Part shown: positions 61,359 through 64,000 of the stretch, in pieces
How positions within the stretch are numbered: the stretch's first letter is position 1
Layout: the number at the start of each line of letters is the position of its first letter
DNA from: Methanomassiliicoccaceae archaeon
GTDB lineage: Archaea; Thermoplasmatota; Thermoplasmata; Methanomassiliicoccales; Methanomassiliicoccaceae
Direction: 5' to 3'
DNA: 64,000 nt
NCBI GenBank assembly: GCA_963728405.1
Contig: CAVSJV010000005.1
Location: forward strand, 128,001-192,000
Notes under the pieces: generated by a model
The model's database searches: none
What the model was told of the DNA's origin: nothing
What the model saw: the letters and a program-made list of their open reading frames with translations, nothing else
Program-made: the position numbers and the translations under genes

Positions 61359-62800
61359 ATGTCTCAGATCGATGTCGCTGCCGATGTCGAGCTGGTCCGG
61401 TCGCTGGTGGCCAAGTATTTTCCCATCTACGATGTCAAGGTCAGCTACGAGGCCGTGACCTTACTAGTTAGCCCCGACAAAAGCACACTAGAGGCGAACT
61501 TCGAGAGCCTGCGAAAGGACTTGAAGGTCAAGAAGTACATTCCTCTCATCAACTATTCGGGGGGAGAGTATACCATCTCGGTGGTCCGATTCCCTGAGAC
61601 CAAGAAGAGCAACCTGTGGATCAACCGGGCGCTCCTGATCGTCACCTTCCTCACCACCACCCTGGCTGGCATGGTCCTATGGGCCGACTATGATGGGGCG
61701 GTCGAACTCTTCACTCTCAATAACTTTGTCATGGGAGCGATATTCTTCGCTATCCCCCTAATGGCCATCCTGGGAGTGCACGAGCTATCCCACTACCTCA
61801 TGGCCAAGCGCCACGGGGTGGAAGCGTCCCTTCCATACTTCATACCGTCCATCCCTCCATTCGGCACCTTCGGGGCGTTCATCTCCATGCGCGACCCCAT
61901 GCCCAATCGTAAGGCGTTAGTGGACATTGGCATCGCCGGCCCCTTGGGCGGGTTGGCGGTCACCATACCGGTGGCCCTGCTCGGGTTGTTCTTGACCGCC
62001 AACGGACACTCGGTCTCCGGTCCGATCGGTGATAGCGGCGTCATGGCCGTAATGATCCAGCCCCTCTACCAGCTCCTCGCCTTGTTCGTGCCGATGGCCG
62101 ACAATATGGCCCTGCATCCCACGGCATTCGCCGCGTGGGTGGGATTCTTGGTAACTGCCATCAACCTGTTGCCGATCGGTCAGCTGGACGGTGGCCACGT
62201 GGCTCGGGGTCTGTTCGGTGGGAATGCCAAATACCTGGGCTATGCGACATTTGGTATCCTTGTCTTTCTCGCCCTGTTCTTCGATGGCTGGATCCTGTTC
62301 GCCCTACTGGTGTTCTTCCTGGGCCTCAAGCACCCGGCACCACTGAACGATATATCCAAGCTCAGCCTGCGCACCAAGGCGATCGGGGTGCTTGGGCTGG
62401 TGATCTTGCTTGCAACATTCGTGCCCCAGCCCATCGTGACCATCACTCCCGACCATTCGTTCGACATGAATGTGGTCGGCGATAACAACACCACGGTCAT
62501 GGCCGGGGGGATCGCCGAGTACCATCTCCTGATCAACAACACGGGGAACACCAACAGTCAGATGAGGCTTGACCCTGGACCATATCCCGTGGGACTGGAC
62601 CGCTTCGGTGTTCCTCACTAATGGGACGGCCGATAATGCCACCAAACGTGCTCATGTTCCAATTGGACCACGAGTCCAACGCCTCGGTCACCGTGCTCAT
62701 GCATGTGGCATCGACCACTGCGGTCCAGAAGGAGCTGTTGCTGACCGCCACGGCCTCGGACGTGATCAAGGAACAGACCCTGACGGTCAACGTTTCCTGA
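61359..62800 (+). CDS. Site-2 (M50) intramembrane metalloprotease with C-terminal Ig-like domain (frameshifts near 62570-62640)
   Basis: HELSH, PYFIP, GTFGA.I, AGP, NLLPIGQLDGGH; beta-rich tail NNTGN...TLTVNVS*. Confidence 0.9.
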
Positions 62801-63792
62801 AGATGCAGTAGTTACGGGACAGGGAGCGGTGCACCTTCTGGGAGTGATGGTGCACCAGCTCAAGGCCGTCATGCCCCTCCGGGCAGGAGCATGGAAGGAC
62901 GATGCCGGCGCGACTGCCTCTTTCAAGGACCGTTGCGATGGAAGGAAGTGCCCGGGCGTACAGGTCGCCCAGAGGTTCCTTGTTCGTGCTGGTAGCCCGC
63001 CCGTAGGGACGGATCGGTCGCCACTGTGTCCACCATGCCGATGATGTCGGCTATCTCACCGATATCGGCGACCTCCATCTTCTCGAACGGAAGTCCAAAA
63101 TGCTCCATGTTCTGAATGCATCCCTCGACCATCTCCGGGGAGAGGTCAGAACCGCAGGCCTTGACTCCTATGGAGGCGGCCTCGATCAGCACGCCCCCGG
63201 TGCCACAGAATGGGTCCAGAAGACGGTCGCCCCGCTTGACGAAGGTCATGTTAACAAGCGCCCGGGCGAACTTCGGGTGCAGGGAGATCGGGGAGAAGAA
63301 TGGCCTCTCGGCAACCTTGCGCTTCTCGAACTGGCCGCGATCGATCTCCGCTTCGGACAGGAAAAAATGCACCCGGTCAGAGACGAACATCCGAAGCTCT
63401 ATCTCCGGATGGTCCAGATCGACCTTCCTCCCCTGTGCTACCACTCCGCCGACACGGGCCGCCAACTTCCCTGCATCCACATCGAGATGGTTCTCCTGAT
63501 ATCTCTTGACCCGGACCGCGATCGAGCCTTCTGGTAGCTCCAGCCTCCCGGCCATCTGTTCAGCTTCGCATGGGTGGCAGGAACCTAGGTACCGACCCAG
63601 TCGATGAGTGAGCGCCAGCCTGGAGGCGATGCCCTTAAGGGCCGATGGGTCGAATCCCAGAACAGCGTATCCCGGACCGAAAGTTGTGAACTTGAAACAG
63701 TCGCACTCCGCCACACAGCAGCCATATGCCTCCGCCTGCGGAAGCGTAGGATGTTCGCCGGATAGTTCGAAAAAATATGGAACAAGGCTCAC
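62787..63792 (-). CDS. trmG10: tRNA (guanine-10-N2)-dimethyltransferase, THUMP domain (frameshift near 63005)
   Basis: FELSGEH..L..AE, RPFF.P.SL.PK.ARALVN, DPFCGTGG, broken TDP(PYGR); C-terminal VHRSLSR. Confidence 0.85.
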
Positions 63793-63834
63793 GCCATACC
63801 TCCGTTGGGAGGGGGCGTGGCCTTATTTCCTCGT

Positions 63835-64000
63835 TCAGTCTCTAATACCCTCTTCGCCAACGCTAATGACCGCCTCGGCCTCGGGAAGGTTAGGGGAGTC
63901 AATTAACCTTGCTATGCGCTTCCCTCCCTTGCTCTTCCTCAGATACAGCCGGTAAGTGGCAGCATGACCGACGATATGTCCGCCGATCGGTCTGGTCGGA
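63835..64000 (-). CDS. radA: DNA repair/recombination protein RadA, 3' end only (absent from the ORF track)
   Basis: Reverse strand reads [54 protein letters not shown]. Confidence 0.93.
   Translation of the reverse strand, partial: PTRPIGGHIVGHAATYRLYLRKSKGGKRIARLIDSPNLPEAEAVISVGEEGIRD

Noticed and set aside
1-64000. CRISPR arrays, rRNA/tRNA genes, transposases/integrases
   Set aside because: No regularly spaced repeats, cloverleaf-compatible segments or recombinase motifs were seen by eye. The GGTTCGA at 11974 lacks the rest of a tRNA.

Overview
Archaeal chromosomal DNA, GC-rich and most consistent with a Methanomassiliicoccales (Thermoplasmata) methylotrophic methanogen. Support: GGGP/DGGGP ether-lipid synthases, RadA, TrmG10, an MT2 methyltransferase, DUF1638, MEDS and HTH-10 proteins, and TATA-type promoters. 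The taxonomy is inferred, not computed. Contents, left to right: partial SF1 helicase; PAS histidine kinase; cooT-cooC-cooS Ni-CO dehydrogenase operon next to a NikR-family regulator and a ZnuABC-type metal transporter; proVWX betaine transporter; many regulators and small enzymes; a membrane-Schlafen fusion; a vorABC / XRE-cupin / acyl-CoA synthetase cluster; an unusual MT2 methyltransferase - Cys redox fusion protein - Tes/TrsS-like radical SAM - DUF1638 cluster; a giant MEDS-PAS-coiled-coil sensor; a CoA ligase; pdxT; lipid genes; a site-2 protease; trmG10; partial radA. Many genes, including essential ones, carry single-base frameshifts, probably long-read consensus indels. I saw no rRNA, tRNA, CRISPR array or transposase. 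The best candidate for an undescribed system is the 45.5-51.7 kb methyltransferase/radical-SAM cluster, plus the CoA ligase at 56.2-57.7 kb. All family names come from motif recognition by eye and need HMM confirmation.
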